From Bacteroidota bacterium (GTDB lineage: Bacteria > Bacteroidota > Bacteroidia > UBA4408), in the NCBI GenBank assembly GCA_040385525.1, contig JAZKHE010000005.1, forward strand, positions 10,819 to 74,818: DNA of 64,000 nucleotides, in the 5' to 3' direction. This document shows, in pieces, positions 38,901 to 48,082 of the stretch (positions within the stretch are counted from its first letter, which is position 1; every line of letters begins with the position of its first letter). The translations under genes and the position numbers were made by a program. The notes beneath the pieces are model-generated. The model was given only the letters and a program-made list of their open reading frames with translations, was not told the DNA's origin and did not search any database.

Positions 38901-41900
38901 CCAACACCTGTTGCAGGAATGTTTCCAGCTAAAGTAGCTGTAGTTCCACAAACAGTTTGGTTAGTGCCAGCGTTAGATGCGGTTGGAGGTGTTGAAGAAA
39001 CTATTGTAACATCATCAGTAGAAGAAGTACAAGGGGCATTAGCAATCGTCCATCTGAATACGTTGTTTCCAACAGATAAAGCAGTAACTCCCGATGTAGG
39101 AGAACTAGGAGTTGTAATAGTTGCTGTTCCAGAAATTACAGACCAAGTTCCAGTTCCAACAACGGCAGTATTACCAGCTAAAGTAGCCGTAATAGCACAA
39201 ACCGTTTGATTAACACCAGCATCAGAAGTTGTTGGTGCAGAATTAATAGTAATAGTAACATCATCAGAAGAAATTGGACAAGATCCATTTCCTATCGACC
39301 ATCTAAATACCACAGAAGCACCTGCAATAGCAGTAACTCCAGAAGTAGCAGAGTTAGCAGAAGTTATAGTAGCTGTACCAGAAACCACCGACCAAGTACC
39401 AACACCCGTAGCAGGTACATTTCCAGCTAAAGTAGCTGTTGTTCCACAAATGCTGAAATCAGTTCCTGCGTTAGCGGTTGTAGACGCGGCAGTTCTTATA
39501 ATTGTAACATCATCAGTAGAAGAAGTACAAGGGGCATTAGCAATCGTCCATCTGAATACGTTGTTTCCAACAGATAAAGCAGTAACTCCCGATGTAGGAG
39601 AACTAGGAGTTGTAATAGTTGCTGTTCCAGAAATTACAGACCAAGTTCCAGTTCCAACAACGGCAGTATTACCAGCTAAAGTAGCCGTAATAGCACAAAC
39701 CGTTTGATTAACACCAGCATCAGAAGTTGTTGGTGCAGAATTAATAGTAATAGTAACATCATCAGAAGAAATTGGACAAGATCCATTTCCTATCGACCAT
39801 CTAAATACCACAGAAGCACCTGCAATAGCAGTAACTCCAGAAGTAGCAGAGTTAGCAGAAGTTATAGTAGCTGTACCAGAAACCACCGACCAAGTACCAA
39901 CACCCGTAGCAGGTACATTTCCAGCTAAAGTAGCTGTTGTTCCACAAATGCTGAAATCAGTTCCTGCGTTAGCGGTTGTAGACGCGGCAGTTCTTATAAT
40001 TGTAACATCATCAGTAGAAGAAGTACAAGGGGCATTAGCAATCGTCCATCTGAATACGTTGTTTCCAACAGATAAAGCAGTAACTCCCGATGTAGGAGAA
40101 CTAGGAGTTGTAATAGTTGCTGTTCCAGAAATTACAGACCAAGTTCCAGTTCCAACAACGGCAGTATTACCAGCTAAAGTAGCCGTAATAGCACAAACCG
40201 TTTGATTAACACCAGCATCAGAAGTTGTTGGTGCAGAATTAATAGTAATAGTAACATCATCAGAAGAAATTGGACAAGATCCATTTCCTATCGACCATCT
40301 AAATACCACAGAAGCACCTGCAATAGCAGTAACTCCAGAAGTAGCAGAGTTAGCAGAAGTTATAGTAGCTGTACCAGAAACCACCGACCAAGTTCCAACG
40401 CCAGTAGCAGGAACATTACCTGCCAGAGTAGCTGTTGTTCCGCAAATACTGAAGTCAGTACCAGCATTAGCCGTAGTAGGCGCGGCAGTTCTTACAATCG
40501 TAACATCATCAGTAGAAGCAGTACAAGGCGCATTTGCAATTGTCCATCTAAATACGTTATTACCAACAGCAAGACCAGTAACATTGGATGTAGGAGAGCT
40601 AGTTGTAGTAACAGATGCACCACCACTAATTACAGTCCAAGTTCCAGTTCCAACAACGGCAGTATTACCAGCTAAAGTAGCCGTAGTAGCACATACACTT
40701 TGGTTTGAACCTGCATCAGAAGTTGTTGGAGCAGAAGTAATGGTTACCGTAACATCATCAGAAGAAATTGGACAAGATCCATTTCCTATTGACCATCTAA
40801 ACACAACAGAAGCACCCGCAATAGCAGTAACTCCAGAAGTAGCAGAGTTAGCAGAAGTTATAGTAGCTGTACCAGAAACCACCGACCAAGTTCCAACGCC
40901 AGTAGCAGGAACATTACCTGCCAGAGTAGCTGTTGTTCCGCAAATACTGAAGTCAGTACCAGCATTAGCCGTAGTAGGCGCGGCAGTTCTTATAATTGTA
41001 ACATCATCAGTAGAAGAAGTACAAGGGGCGTTAGCAATTGTCCATCTAAATACGTTGTTTCCAATAGCAAGACTAGTAACATTTGATGTTGGAGAGCTAG
41101 GAGTAGTAACAGAAGCACCACCACTAATTACAGTCCAAGTTCCAGTTCCAATAACAGCAGTATTACCTGCTAAAGTAGCCGTTGTAGCACAAACCGTTTG
41201 ATTAACACCTGCATCAGAAGTTGTTGGAGCAGGATTAACCGTTAAAGTCATATCATCAGTTGTAGGCGTACAAGTTCCGTTAGAAACAGTCCATCTAAAT
41301 ACAACAGAAGCACCAGCAATACCCGTAACACCAGACGTTCTAAGCGAGGGAGTTGTAATTGTTGCTGTTCCAGAAACTACAGACCAAACACCAGTTCCTG
41401 TTGCAGGAGCTGTAGCGGCTAAAGTTGTTGTTGTTGCACAAATAGTTTGGTCGGGTCCTGCAGCAGCAGCACTAGGTGCAGCAGTTCTTATAATTGTAAC
41501 ATCATCAGTAGAAGAAGTACAAGGTGCATTAGCAATTGTCCATCTAAAAACGTTGTTTCCAACAGATAAAGCAGTAACTCCTGATGTAGGAGAACTAGGA
41601 GTTGTTAGTGTTGAAGTACCTGAAATTCTAGTCCAAGTTCCAGTTCCAATAACAGCAGTATTACCTGCTAAAGTAGCCGTAATAGCACATACAGTTTGGT
41701 TAATACCAGCATCAGAAGTTGTTGGCGCAGGGTTTATTGTAATTGTAACATCATCGGTAGATGAAGTACATGGAGCGTTAGCAATAGTCCAACGCATTAC
41801 TACAGAAGCACCAGCAATACCTGTTAATGTTGAAGTAGGAGAATTAGCACTTGTAATAGTAGCGGTTCCAGAAACTACAGACCAAGTTCCAGTACCTATA

Positions 41901-44869
41901 ACTGCAGTATTACCAGCTAATGTTGTAGTTGTACCACAAATAGTTTGGTCTGTCCCTGCATTAGCAGTTGTTGGAACAGGACTAACTGTTAAAGTCATGT
42001 CATCTGTAGTTGGAGTACAAATTCCGTTAGAAACTGTCCATCTAAAAACAACAGAAGGTCCTGCTATTCCAGTAACGCCAGAAGTTCTAAGAGAAGGTGT
42101 AGTAACAGTTGCAGTTCCCGAAACTACTGACCATGCACCAGTCCCTGTTGCGGGAGCAGTAGCGGCAAGTGTAGCTGTGGTAGCGCAAATTGTTTGATCT
42201 GGCCCAGCAGCAGCAACGCTTGGTGATGCTATCCTTACTATTGTTACGTCATCAGTAGATGAAGTACAAGGTGCATTAGCAATTGTCCATCTAAATACGT
42301 TGTTTCCTATAGATAAAGCAGTAATTCCTGAAGTAGGTGAACTAGGAGTTGTTATTGTTGATGTACCAGAAATTCTTGTCCAAGTTCCAGTTCCAATTAC
42401 AGCAGTGTTACCTGCTAAAGTAGTTGTTGTAGCACAAACAGTTTGATCGCTTCCTGCGTCAGCCACAGTTGGAGCTGAGCTAACTGTTAATGTCATATCA
42501 TCAGTAGTAGGTGTACAACTTCCGTTAGAAACTGTCCATCTAAACACAACCGAAGGTCCAGCAATACCAGTAACACCAGAAGTTCTAAGAGAAGGAGCCG
42601 TAACGGTTGCTGTTCCAGAAACAACAGACCACGCGCCAGTTCCAATTGCAGGAGCTGTAGCGGCAAGTGTAGTTGTGGTAGCACAAATTGTTTGGTCAGG
42701 TCCAGCAGCAGCAGCACTTGGTGATGGCGTAACAGTAAGTGTCATGTCATCAGTAGTAGGCGTACAAGTTCCGTTAGAAACCGTCCATCTAAACACAACC
42801 GAAGCTCCAGCAATACCTGTTACTGTTGATGTATTTGATGAAGGAGTTGTAACTGTTGCTGTTCCAGAAACTACTGACCAAGCGCCAGTTCCAATTGCTG
42901 GTGTAGTAGCAGCTAAAGTTGTCGTTGTTCCACAAATAGTTTGGTCGGATCCAGCAGCCGCAGCGCTAGGAGCCGAAGTTCTAATTATTGTAACATCGTC
43001 AGTAGATGAAGTACAGCCTGGGATTGCAATCGTCCATCTAAATACACTTGTTCCAACGCTAATTGCGGTTATGTTACTAGTTGGGCTGTTTGCAGAAGCA
43101 ATTGTTCCGGTTCCACTAATTCTTGTCCAAGTTCCTGTGCCTATTACCGCTGTATTACCAGCCATTGTAGTTGTTGCAGCACAAATTGTTTGGTTCGGTC
43201 CTGCATCAGAAGTTGTTGGAGGATTATTTCTTGTAATTGTTATATCGTCTGTTGCATCTGGACATAATCCATTAGTTACAGTCCATCTAAAAACAGATGA
43301 ACCAACTGCTATTGCAGTAACGCCAGAGTTTCTTAGGGTTGGTGATGTAATTGTAGCGCTTCCAGAAATTAAAGTCCAGCTACCAGTTCCTATTGCGGGA
43401 GCTGTAGCGTTTAGTGTTGCTGTAGTAGCACAAATAGTTTGATCGGCACCAGCTGCAGATGTTGGCGATGCATTTCTTGTTATACTTACATCGTCTGATG
43501 TTGAAGTACAAGGAGCGTTTGCAATTGTCCATCTAAAAACAGAAGTTCCTACAGCAAGAGCTGTAATTGTTGAAGTTGGGCTATTAGCAGAAGTAATTGT
43601 TCCTGAACCAGAAATTCTTGTCCAAGTACCAGTTCCAACTGCTGCAACGTTTCCTGCTAAAGTAGCAGAAGTTGCACAAACAGCCTGATCAGCACCAGCA
43701 TTTGCTACTGTAGGAGTAGTTGCTCTAAATATTGTTACATCGTCTGTTGAGTTTGGGCAAGGACCTCCGTTAGAAATTGTCCATCTAAAAACATTGTTTC
43801 CTGTTGCTAAACCAGTAACTCCAGAAGTATTGGAGCTAGGTGTTGTTACTGCTCCACCACCAGAAATAACTGTCCAAGTACCGGTTCCTACAGTAGGTGT
43901 GTTTCCTGCTAAAGTAGCTGTTGTGGCACAAATGTTTTGGTTTGGTCCTGCATCTGAAACAGTTGGAGGTGTATTAAAAGTTATGGTTATATCATCTGTA
44001 GAGTCAGTACATGGAGGGTTAGCAATTGTCCATCTAAATACGTTAGCACCAGTTCCTAATGCAGTAACTGTTGTGTTTCTTAGTGCTGCATTTGTAATTG
44101 TTCCTGTGCCTGATACTAATGACCAAGCTCCTGTTCCAACAGTTGGATTGTTTCCTGCTAATGTAGTGTTATTAACACATACTGCTTGATCAGCTCCAGC
44201 GTTTGATGTTGTAGCGGCAGAATTAACTACTAAAGTAACTTGATCTACGTTATCAGTACAACCAGCTTTTGAAAAGGTCCAGTTAAAAACATAGGTTCCG
44301 TTAATAAGGCCAGTTATTGTTGTTGTCGGACTTGTATTGCTTGTTATTGTAGGTACGTTTGGTCCACTTGATAAACTCCAAACTCCTGTTGATGCAGGAA
44401 CGCCTAATCCAGGAGCGGGGTCGTTTCCAGCCATTGTTGCTGTTGTGCTGTTACAAATTGAATTTTGATCTACGCCAGCATCTGGAAACAGAGGCTCAAA
44501 AATATCGATACCTAAACCACCTACAAATAATTGATTTGCTAAAGGACAACCTACTTTTCTTACTCTAATAGTGTACGAACTACTTGGTAAATTGTTGAAC
44601 ACTGCAATTGTGCCTGTTCCTGTAACTGTTGTTACTGGTGTGTTTGGCAAAATTACTGGAGTTCCACTTACATCTAAAAGAGCAAAGGTTAATGTTCCTG
44701 TTAAAGTTACATCAACTGTTATTGTTCCATCATTTGCACCAAAACATGTAATTTCTGTAAAACTAAAAGTGTGGGGTGTAGCTGCACTGGGGCATTGAGC
44801 AAAGGCATTATTACTTGCACCTAAAACTAAAGTAAAAACAACTAGCGAGTAGAGTAATTTTTTTATCAT
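32966..44869 (-). CDS. Giant (3967 aa) T9SS type-B surface adhesin: 35 PKD/Ig-like repeats, SprB and Ig-like domains, CHU_C CTD
   Basis: Signal peptide ending NAFA|Q. Repeats xAGx(D/N)QTxC...GTGxW...FRWxIxNxxC...DDVTI. SprB repeats. [19 protein letters not shown]...YNRWGNVVY...WDG...PDGTYF. Confidence 0.92.
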   Translation of the reverse strand: MIKKLLYSLVVFTLVLGASNNAFAQCPSAATPHTFSFTEITCFGANDGTITVDVTLTGTLTFALLDVSGTPVILPNTPVTTVTGTGTIAVFNNLPSSSYTIRVRKVGCPLANQLFVGGLGIDIFEPLFPDAGVDQNSICNSTTATMAGNDPAPGLGVPASTGVWSLSSGPNVPTITSNTSPTTTITGLINGTYVFNWTFSKAGCTDNVDQVTLVVNSAATTSNAGADQAVCVNNTTLAGNNPTVGTGAWSLVSGTGTITNAALRNTTVTALGTGANVFRWTIANPPCTDSTDDITITFNTPPTVSDAGPNQNICATTATLAGNTPTVGTGTWTVISGGGAVTTPSSNTSGVTGLATGNNVFRWTISNGGPCPNSTDDVTIFRATTPTVANAGADQAVCATSATLAGNVAAVGTGTWTRISGSGTITSANSPTSTITALAVGTSVFRWTIANAPCTSTSDDVSITRNASPTSAAGADQTICATTATLNATAPAIGTGSWTLISGSATITSPTLRNSGVTAIAVGSSVFRWTVTNGLCPDATDDITITRNNPPTTSDAGPNQTICAATTTMAGNTAVIGTGTWTRISGTGTIASANSPTSNITAISVGTSVFRWTIAIPGCTSSTDDVTIIRTSAPSAAAAGSDQTICGTTTTLAATTPAIGTGAWSVVSGTATVTTPSSNTSTVTGIAGASVVFRWTVSNGTCTPTTDDMTLTVTPSPSAAAAGPDQTICATTTTLAATAPAIGTGAWSVVSGTATVTAPSLRTSGVTGIAGPSVVFRWTVSNGSCTPTTDDMTLTVSSAPTVADAGSDQTVCATTTTLAGNTAVIGTGTWTRISGTSTITTPSSPTSGITALSIGNNVFRWTIANAPCTSSTDDVTIVRIASPSVAAAGPDQTICATTATLAATAPATGTGAWSVVSGTATVTTPSLRTSGVTGIAGPSVVFRWTVSNGICTPTTDDMTLTVSPVPTTANAGTDQTICGTTTTLAGNTAVIGTGTWSVVSGTATITSANSPTSTLTGIAGASVVMRWTIANAPCTSSTDDVTITINPAPTTSDAGINQTVCAITATLAGNTAVIGTGTWTRISGTSTLTTPSSPTSGVTALSVGNNVFRWTIANAPCTSSTDDVTIIRTAAPSAAAAGPDQTICATTTTLAATAPATGTGVWSVVSGTATITTPSLRTSGVTGIAGASVVFRWTVSNGTCTPTTDDMTLTVNPAPTTSDAGVNQTVCATTATLAGNTAVIGTGTWTVISGGASVTTPSSPTSNVTSLAIGNNVFRWTIANAPCTSSTDDVTIIRTAAPTTANAGTDFSICGTTATLAGNVPATGVGTWSVVSGTATITSANSATSGVTAIAGASVVFRWSIGNGSCPISSDDVTVTITSAPTTSDAGSNQSVCATTATLAGNTAVVGTGTWTVISGGASVTTTSSPTSNVTGLAVGNNVFRWTIANAPCTASTDDVTIVRTAAPTTANAGTDFSICGTTATLAGNVPATGVGTWSVVSGTATITSANSATSGVTAIAGASVVFRWSIGNGSCPISSDDVTITINSAPTTSDAGVNQTVCAITATLAGNTAVVGTGTWSVISGTATITTPSSPTSGVTALSVGNNVFRWTIANAPCTSSTDDVTIIRTAASTTANAGTDFSICGTTATLAGNVPATGVGTWSVVSGTATITSANSATSGVTAIAGASVVFRWSIGNGSCPISSDDVTITINSAPTTSDAGVNQTVCAITATLAGNTAVVGTGTWSVISGTATITTPSSPTSGVTALSVGNNVFRWTIANAPCTSSTDDVTIIRTAASTTANAGTDFSICGTTATLAGNVPATGVGTWSVVSGTATITSANSATSGVTAIAGASVVFRWSIGNGSCPISSDDVTITINSAPTTSDAGVNQTVCAITATLAGNTAVVGTGTWSVISGTATITTPSSPTSGVTALSVGNNVFRWTIANAPCTSSTDDVTIVSSTPPTASNAGTNQTVCGTTATLAGNIPATGVGTWSVVSGAATFTNSNLGTTTVSALNNGANVLRWTIGNGSCASSASDVTITSNPAPTTANAGTDFNICATTTTLAGNVAVIGTGTWSVVSGTGTITSPNSETSTVTGISGTSLVLSWTISNGLCPNTGDQITITIDSPPTTSIAGSNQAVCATTATLNGNIPATGVGTWSVVSGAATFANSNLGTTTVSALNNGANVLRWTIGNGSCASSASDVTITSNPAPTTANAGTDFNICATTTTLAGNVAVIGTGTWSIISGTGTITSPNSNTSTVTGISGASLVLSWTISNGLCPDTGDQITITIDSPPTTSIAGNNQTVCATTTTLAGNIPATGIGTWSIVSGAATFANNNLGTTTISALNNGANVLRWTIGNGSCTASSSDVTITSNPAPTTANAGTDFNICATTTTLAGNTAIVGTGTWSVVSGTGTITSPNSETSTVTGISGASLVLSWTISNGLCPDSGDQITITIDSPPTASNAGTNQAVCATTATLDGNIPATGVGTWSVVSGAATFANSNLGTTTVSALNNGANVLRWTIGNGSCASSASEVTISSNGPTTADAGTNLNICESVGSATLAGNNPTVGTGTWSVVSGTGTITTPNSNTSTVTGITGTSIVLQWSISDGGICPASTDNVTITIDATPSTSVAGSNQTICGTTATLDGNIPTTGVGTWSVVSGAATFATTNLGTTTVSALANGANVLRWTIGNSSCATSASEVTITSNPSPTLANAGADFNICGTTTTLAGNNPTIGTGTWSVVSGTGTITSPNSNTSTVTGISGASLVLSWTISNGLCPDTGDQITITIDTPPTIAEAGVNQTICGTTATLAGNTAVVGTGVWTLVSGSATITSPNSPTSTITAIGTNDNVLRWTISNGTCPPTTDDVTITNNGPSIAIAGADQNICETIGSVTLAGNTPAVGTGTWSIIAGNGNITSVNDPSSTVTISAAPLVLRWTISNGLCADNTDELTITLDTAPTTADAGTNQTICGTNATLAANTAVIGNGSWTLVSGAGFITSFTNQNTPVTGLGTGNNVFRWSITNGSCSASTDDVTITVNPAILASITTITNPTPCGSATGGALVTASGGDGNFTYSWNSTPSQTDASITGVVAGVYNVVVTDGNLCTITTSASITDAGAPTVTLTSDVAGNVICVGQTVTFTPGGADTYNYFMDGNPIGTANTTLALQIDTMTVNHSISVTGIATLTGCTGISSTINIIVNSSNTPSVTISAVGVAICEGETINFSSAVTNVGATVDYLWAVNGTNMGSNPSFAFNSFLNNDLVQLTISTTGCGTATVNVTSNVLTVTIKTAPVVSITQVFPPSSCFGNDGILDATIVSGNTPFSFAWNNGSTNQSISGLVTGNYSVTLTDASACPSDPFSIALNPSGVTTPTLNSDAVGNTICDGTNVTFTVLPAVSSYTYTFIRANDATTLTTGSVNTFSTTTLVDGDEIFVSMFDGTCTTVSTSIVTTVLPSAVPQIFITALPGTNVCSTQAVSFTSAILPVTAQVTSYQWQVNGVNMGASPTFNNILDGDVITCQIATTCVSSFITSNALTMTITPSITAEVVVTTIPSNVVCENTDVTFVATPNVTLSALTYEWFLNTTLVGTNSTFTSNTLANNDEVFCVISATDPCVGNIPATSAVVTMTVNAGTPISATITASTNSICTGQVVDFTSTINPVGVVTYAWKIDGALVAGANASTFSSTTLTNSNIVSLEISYISCGLVTTSTSNLIPISVSSPDKPLVNLSKINRLCFGDTLTLSTNFTTGNVWSTGASTQSIIVGASGSYNVTVTDSKGCASKSDDVVITVGDSLNLTLTSPIFEGGYNVSKHNLSDGSIDLTVTGGFAPYKYFWSTQAITEDIADVPANNYHVVVVDEINCIDTAYIVLTNPPALELPTVFTPNGDGQNDFFVIRGVEVYPGTEVAIYNRWGNVVYNNKDYKNEWDGAAKSSGKVPDGTYFVVAIAKEIDGTEIILKGYVELRTDLR
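35745..44482 (-). repeat. Array of 35 repeats of about 83 aa (about 249 bp), each with 2 Cys and 2 Trp
   Basis: Counted from the AGx(D/N) motifs in the translation. Repeats 14-29 alternate A/B with a 498-bp period. Confidence 0.88.
39003..40393. repeat. Nucleotide-identical 498-bp tandem repeat, about 2.8 copies
   Basis: attgtaacatcatcagtagaagaag... recurs at 39003, 39501 and 39999. Alternative-frame ORFs at 498-bp offsets translate identically. Identity ends at 40393. Confidence 0.88.
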
Positions 44870-44891
44870 ATAGCGAATATCTGTCTATTAA

Positions 44892-45212
44892 TTATTTAAT
44901 ATTAATGTTTTCTTGTTTACCTATAAATAAAGGGTTACAGCCTTTTTCATTTATTCTAACAATATAATTGCCAACTGGTAAATTAGTAAAAGAAATATTG
45001 TTGTGATTAAGCTCAGGTTTAGCGTCAAAATTTAAAAATGGCTGACCATTTTCTACTTTATATAAAACAGCTGCTGTATACTTTGAAACTTGGTTTAAAC
45101 TAATTGTAATAGTATTGTTAATCGAAGATTGTTTTTTTACTTCTGGACACTGCGCATTAGCTTCTAAAAAGGTAAAAACAAATAGTAAAACAAAAATAAA
45201 TCCTGCTTTCAT
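44892..45212 (-). CDS. Small secreted protein, paralog of the adhesin N-terminal domain
   Basis: A|QCP start and FTNLPVGNYIVRINEKGCNPLFIG, versus adhesin A|QCP and [27 protein letters not shown]. Confidence 0.7.
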   Translation of the reverse strand: MKAGFIFVLLFVFTFLEANAQCPEVKKQSSINNTITISLNQVSKYTAAVLYKVENGQPFLNFDAKPELNHNNISFTNLPVGNYIVRINEKGCNPLFIGKQENINIK

Positions 45213-45465
45213 AGGGGTAGCTTATGTTAATTAATTATAAAGTTGCACAAAAATGTTAATAAAAAGTTGATAAACCGAATTATTTTTACGAAATCTTGAA
45301 CAAAAAGTTACCAATACTAAATGTTTTTTAGCTTAGTAGGTGTTTTTAGTTTAAGTGTTTTTTCTTAAACCAAACACTATTGTTAATATAAACTTCTTAT
45401 TATCAGTAGTTTGTAGGTGTAGTTTGAATGTTTTATTAACATTGTGTATTACTTTTTTTTATTAG

Positions 45466-45473
45466 TACCTTTG
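45466..45473 (+). promoter_or_regulatory. -7 promoter element of the DUF6089-uppS-bamA operon
   Basis: TACCTTTG 12 nt upstream of the ATG at 45486. Confidence 0.5.
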
Positions 45474-45485
45474 TTTTAATATTAT

Positions 45486-46448
45486 ATGAAATATAAAAAT
45501 TACAAGTATTTTTTACACTTCTGCCTGATTATCTTGCTGTTGGCTTCGACAAGTGCCTTTGCCCAACGCAAAAAAAAGTTTGAAGCAACTTTTGGATTAG
45601 GCGCGACCAATTTTTATGGAGAATTGGGCGGAGCTAATCAAATAGGTAGAGATTATTTTTACGATTACGATTTAAAAGCTAACAGACCAGTAATAAACCT
45701 AGGCTTAAGATACCAAACCTGTGAGTTTGCAGCTGTTAAAACTAATTTGTTTTATGGACTTTTAAAAGGTTCTGACCAATATACAAAAGAGCAATACCGC
45801 AACAACAGAAACTTAAGTTTTCGCTCTCCAGTTTTTGAGTTTTCTTCTCAAGTTGAAATTTCATTTTTAAAAGATAAAGGCAAAAACTTTTTTAAAGTGC
45901 CTTGGGTGTACGGCAAAAAAGTTGTTAAAGTTAAAAAAGGAAAACGAAATGGTGTTTGGGATTATTACCCTTATGGATTTGTAGGTATAGGTGTTTTTTA
46001 TTTTAATCCAAAGGCGCAATACAATGGTAAATGGACAGCTTTGCAGCCGCTGGGGACCGAAGGACAAGGTTTAAACGGAACTGAAAAATATAAAAAAATT
46101 GGACTATCAATACCTTATGGTGTTGGTTTAAAATATAAGGTTGATAATTTAATTACTGTTTCTTTAGACGTTGGCGTTAGAAAAACATTTACTGATTACA
46201 TTGATGATGTTAGTGGCGATTATTATGATAAAGCGGAACTAAACAGAACTTACGGACCTGTTTCGGCGGCTTTGTCAGACCCATCGCTTGGCGACCATCC
46301 TAATTGGACAGTTACTGGCGAACAACGTGGCGATCCAACCGATAAAGATTCTTATTTATTTGCAGTAGTTTCAGTTAATTATCGTTTCCAAAACTTTAAG
46401 CAATTATACCAAGATTTGTTTAAGAAAAAGCTTAGACCTAAGTTTTAA
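45486..46448 (+). CDS. DUF6089 family outer-membrane beta-barrel protein
   Basis: LGATNFYGELGG, RNNRNLSFRS, ALQPLGTEGQG, RKTFTDYIDDVS and RGDPTDKDSY. Confidence 0.8.
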   Translation: MKYKNYKYFLHFCLIILLLASTSAFAQRKKKFEATFGLGATNFYGELGGANQIGRDYFYDYDLKANRPVINLGLRYQTCEFAAVKTNLFYGLLKGSDQYTKEQYRNNRNLSFRSPVFEFSSQVEISFLKDKGKNFFKVPWVYGKKVVKVKKGKRNGVWDYYPYGFVGIGVFYFNPKAQYNGKWTALQPLGTEGQGLNGTEKYKKIGLSIPYGVGLKYKVDNLITVSLDVGVRKTFTDYIDDVSGDYYDKAELNRTYGPVSAALSDPSLGDHPNWTVTGEQRGDPTDKDSYLFAVVSVNYRFQNFKQLYQDLFKKKLRPKF

Positions 46449-46482
46449 ACAATAAATTTGCGCTCCATTACGTTTTAGGCAA

Positions 46483-47289
46483 ATGCTTGTTTACCAGAAA
46501 AAAGTTTATTTTTCGTTATTATTTTTACTTGGCACTGTTTTTTGCTACGCGCAAAAAAACGAAAAATTTGTACCTTATTCTGAGTTAGGTTTAACGTTGG
46601 GCACAACGTATTATAATGGTGAATTAAATCCTACTATTCAGTTTCCTGTAACTCTACTAAAACCAGCATTCGGATTGAGTTATAGACGAAACACATCTAA
46701 AAGATATGCCTTAGCTTTAACGGCAATTTATGGTAATTTAAAAGCTGATGAAACCCATGCTAATCACGCTTTTTCAACAGTGCGTTCAGCTAGTTTTAAA
46801 ACTATTTTGGTAGATCTTGCTGGCAAAGTAGAGTTCAACTTTTTTCAGTATGAAGTTGGTCACAAACGACATTTTTCTACACCTTTTGTTTTTGTTGGAA
46901 TTGCAGGTTATTACATCAATCCTAAAGTTTCGGTAAGCGGAATTTCGAGTCCCGAATCGTTTAGTGTTTCTCCCGTTCAATTGGCATTTCCATTAGGCAT
47001 TGGTTACAAAGCATCAATTGCTCGCCGTTTATCGTTAACAGTAGAATGCGGTTGGCGAAAAACGTATACTGATTATATTGATGGAATTAGTAAAGTTTAT
47101 CCCGGTGCAGATACTTTAAACACTGCGTTTTCTATTGCAGGAAAACAAAGAGGAAATTCTAAAAATAATGATTGGTTCACCTTTGCGGGTGTTACAATTG
47201 CTTACACAATTTATGATAAAGGAAGTTTATGTCCTGCTTACGATAAAAAACGTCCAATTAAGAGATGGATTGAAGATAAGGTTTATTAA
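46483..47289 (+). CDS. DUF6089 family beta-barrel, PorG-like by position
   Basis: GTTYYNGELN, RKTYTDYIDGIS and RGNSKNNDWF. Immediately upstream of uppS-bamA-skp-skp, where porG sits in Porphyromonas. Confidence 0.75.
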   Translation: MLVYQKKVYFSLLFLLGTVFCYAQKNEKFVPYSELGLTLGTTYYNGELNPTIQFPVTLLKPAFGLSYRRNTSKRYALALTAIYGNLKADETHANHAFSTVRSASFKTILVDLAGKVEFNFFQYEVGHKRHFSTPFVFVGIAGYYINPKVSVSGISSPESFSVSPVQLAFPLGIGYKASIARRLSLTVECGWRKTYTDYIDGISKVYPGADTLNTAFSIAGKQRGNSKNNDWFTFAGVTIAYTIYDKGSLCPAYDKKRPIKRWIEDKVY

Positions 47290-47299
47290 GACTTATTTA

Positions 47300-47307
47300 T
47301 AACTTTG
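47300..47307 (+). promoter_or_regulatory. -7 promoter element of uppS
   Basis: TAACTTTG ending 4 nt before the ATG. Confidence 0.55.
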
Positions 47308-47311
47308 CGCT

Positions 47312-48070
47312 ATGAGTTTTAAAGAAAAAATTGATATTTTAAATTTACCAAAACACGTTGCCATAATAATGGATGGTAATGGAAGATGGGCTCAACAAAA
47401 ATCGGAACAACGTATTTTTGGTCATCAACATGGTGTAGAGTCAGTAAGAGATTGTGTGGAAGCTTGCGCAGAAATTGGAGTAAAATACTTAACGCTTTAT
47501 GCTTTTTCTACCGAAAATTGGAATCGCCCAAAAGAAGAAGTAGATGCTTTAATGGAATTATTAGTTTCTACAATTGCATCAGAAACACCAACTTTAAATA
47601 AAAACAATATTCGTTTATTAGCTATTGGCGATTTAAAATCGTTGCCAGGCAAATGCTACACACAGTTGCAACAAGCTATGCACGAAACTGCAAACAATAC
47701 AAGAACAACTTTGGTGTTAGCATTAAGCTACAGCTCGCGTTGGGAAATAGTTAATGCGGTTAAGCAAATTGCTTTTGAAGTTGAGTCAGGAAGATTATCA
47801 TCTGACGAAATAAATGATAAAATTTTTGAACAACATTTAAATACAGCAGAGTTGGGCATTCCCGACCCAGAGCTATTAATAAGAACAAGTGGCGAGCGAA
47901 GAGTAAGTAATTATTTGTTGTGGCAAATTGCCTATGCAGAAATGTATTTTACAGATGTTTTGTGGCCCGATTTTAGAAAAGAAAATCTTTTTGAAGCTAT
48001 TTACGATTTTCAAAATCGTGAACGAAGATTTGGTTTAACAAGCGAACAAATTAACACACAAAAACAATAG
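47312..48070 (+). CDS. uppS: Undecaprenyl diphosphate synthase (isoprenyl transferase)
   Basis: HVAIIMDGNGRWA, YAFSTENWNRP, IRTSGERRVSNYLLWQ and LWPDF. Confidence 0.97.
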   Translation: MSFKEKIDILNLPKHVAIIMDGNGRWAQQKSEQRIFGHQHGVESVRDCVEACAEIGVKYLTLYAFSTENWNRPKEEVDALMELLVSTIASETPTLNKNNIRLLAIGDLKSLPGKCYTQLQQAMHETANNTRTTLVLALSYSSRWEIVNAVKQIAFEVESGRLSSDEINDKIFEQHLNTAELGIPDPELLIRTSGERRVSNYLLWQIAYAEMYFTDVLWPDFRKENLFEAIYDFQNRERRFGLTSEQINTQKQ

Positions 48071-48082
48071 TATAACTATTTT

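Noticed and set aside
39003-40393. CRISPR array or diversity-generating-retroelement template/variable repeats
   Set aside because: Units are 498 bp, in frame and without unique spacers. There are no cas or reverse transcriptase genes and no adenine-specific differences.
33927-44798. Many plus-strand ORFs (60-255 aa) opposite the giant adhesin
   Set aside because: They are antisense shadows of a Thr/Ser/Gly/Ala/Val-rich repetitive gene. They repeat with the adhesin's period and have no independent start signals or motifs.
45205-45232. Xer dif site (ttatgttaatt resembles the XerD arm)
   Set aside because: The sequence at the XerC-arm position does not match and overlaps a start codon; likely chance in AT-rich DNA.
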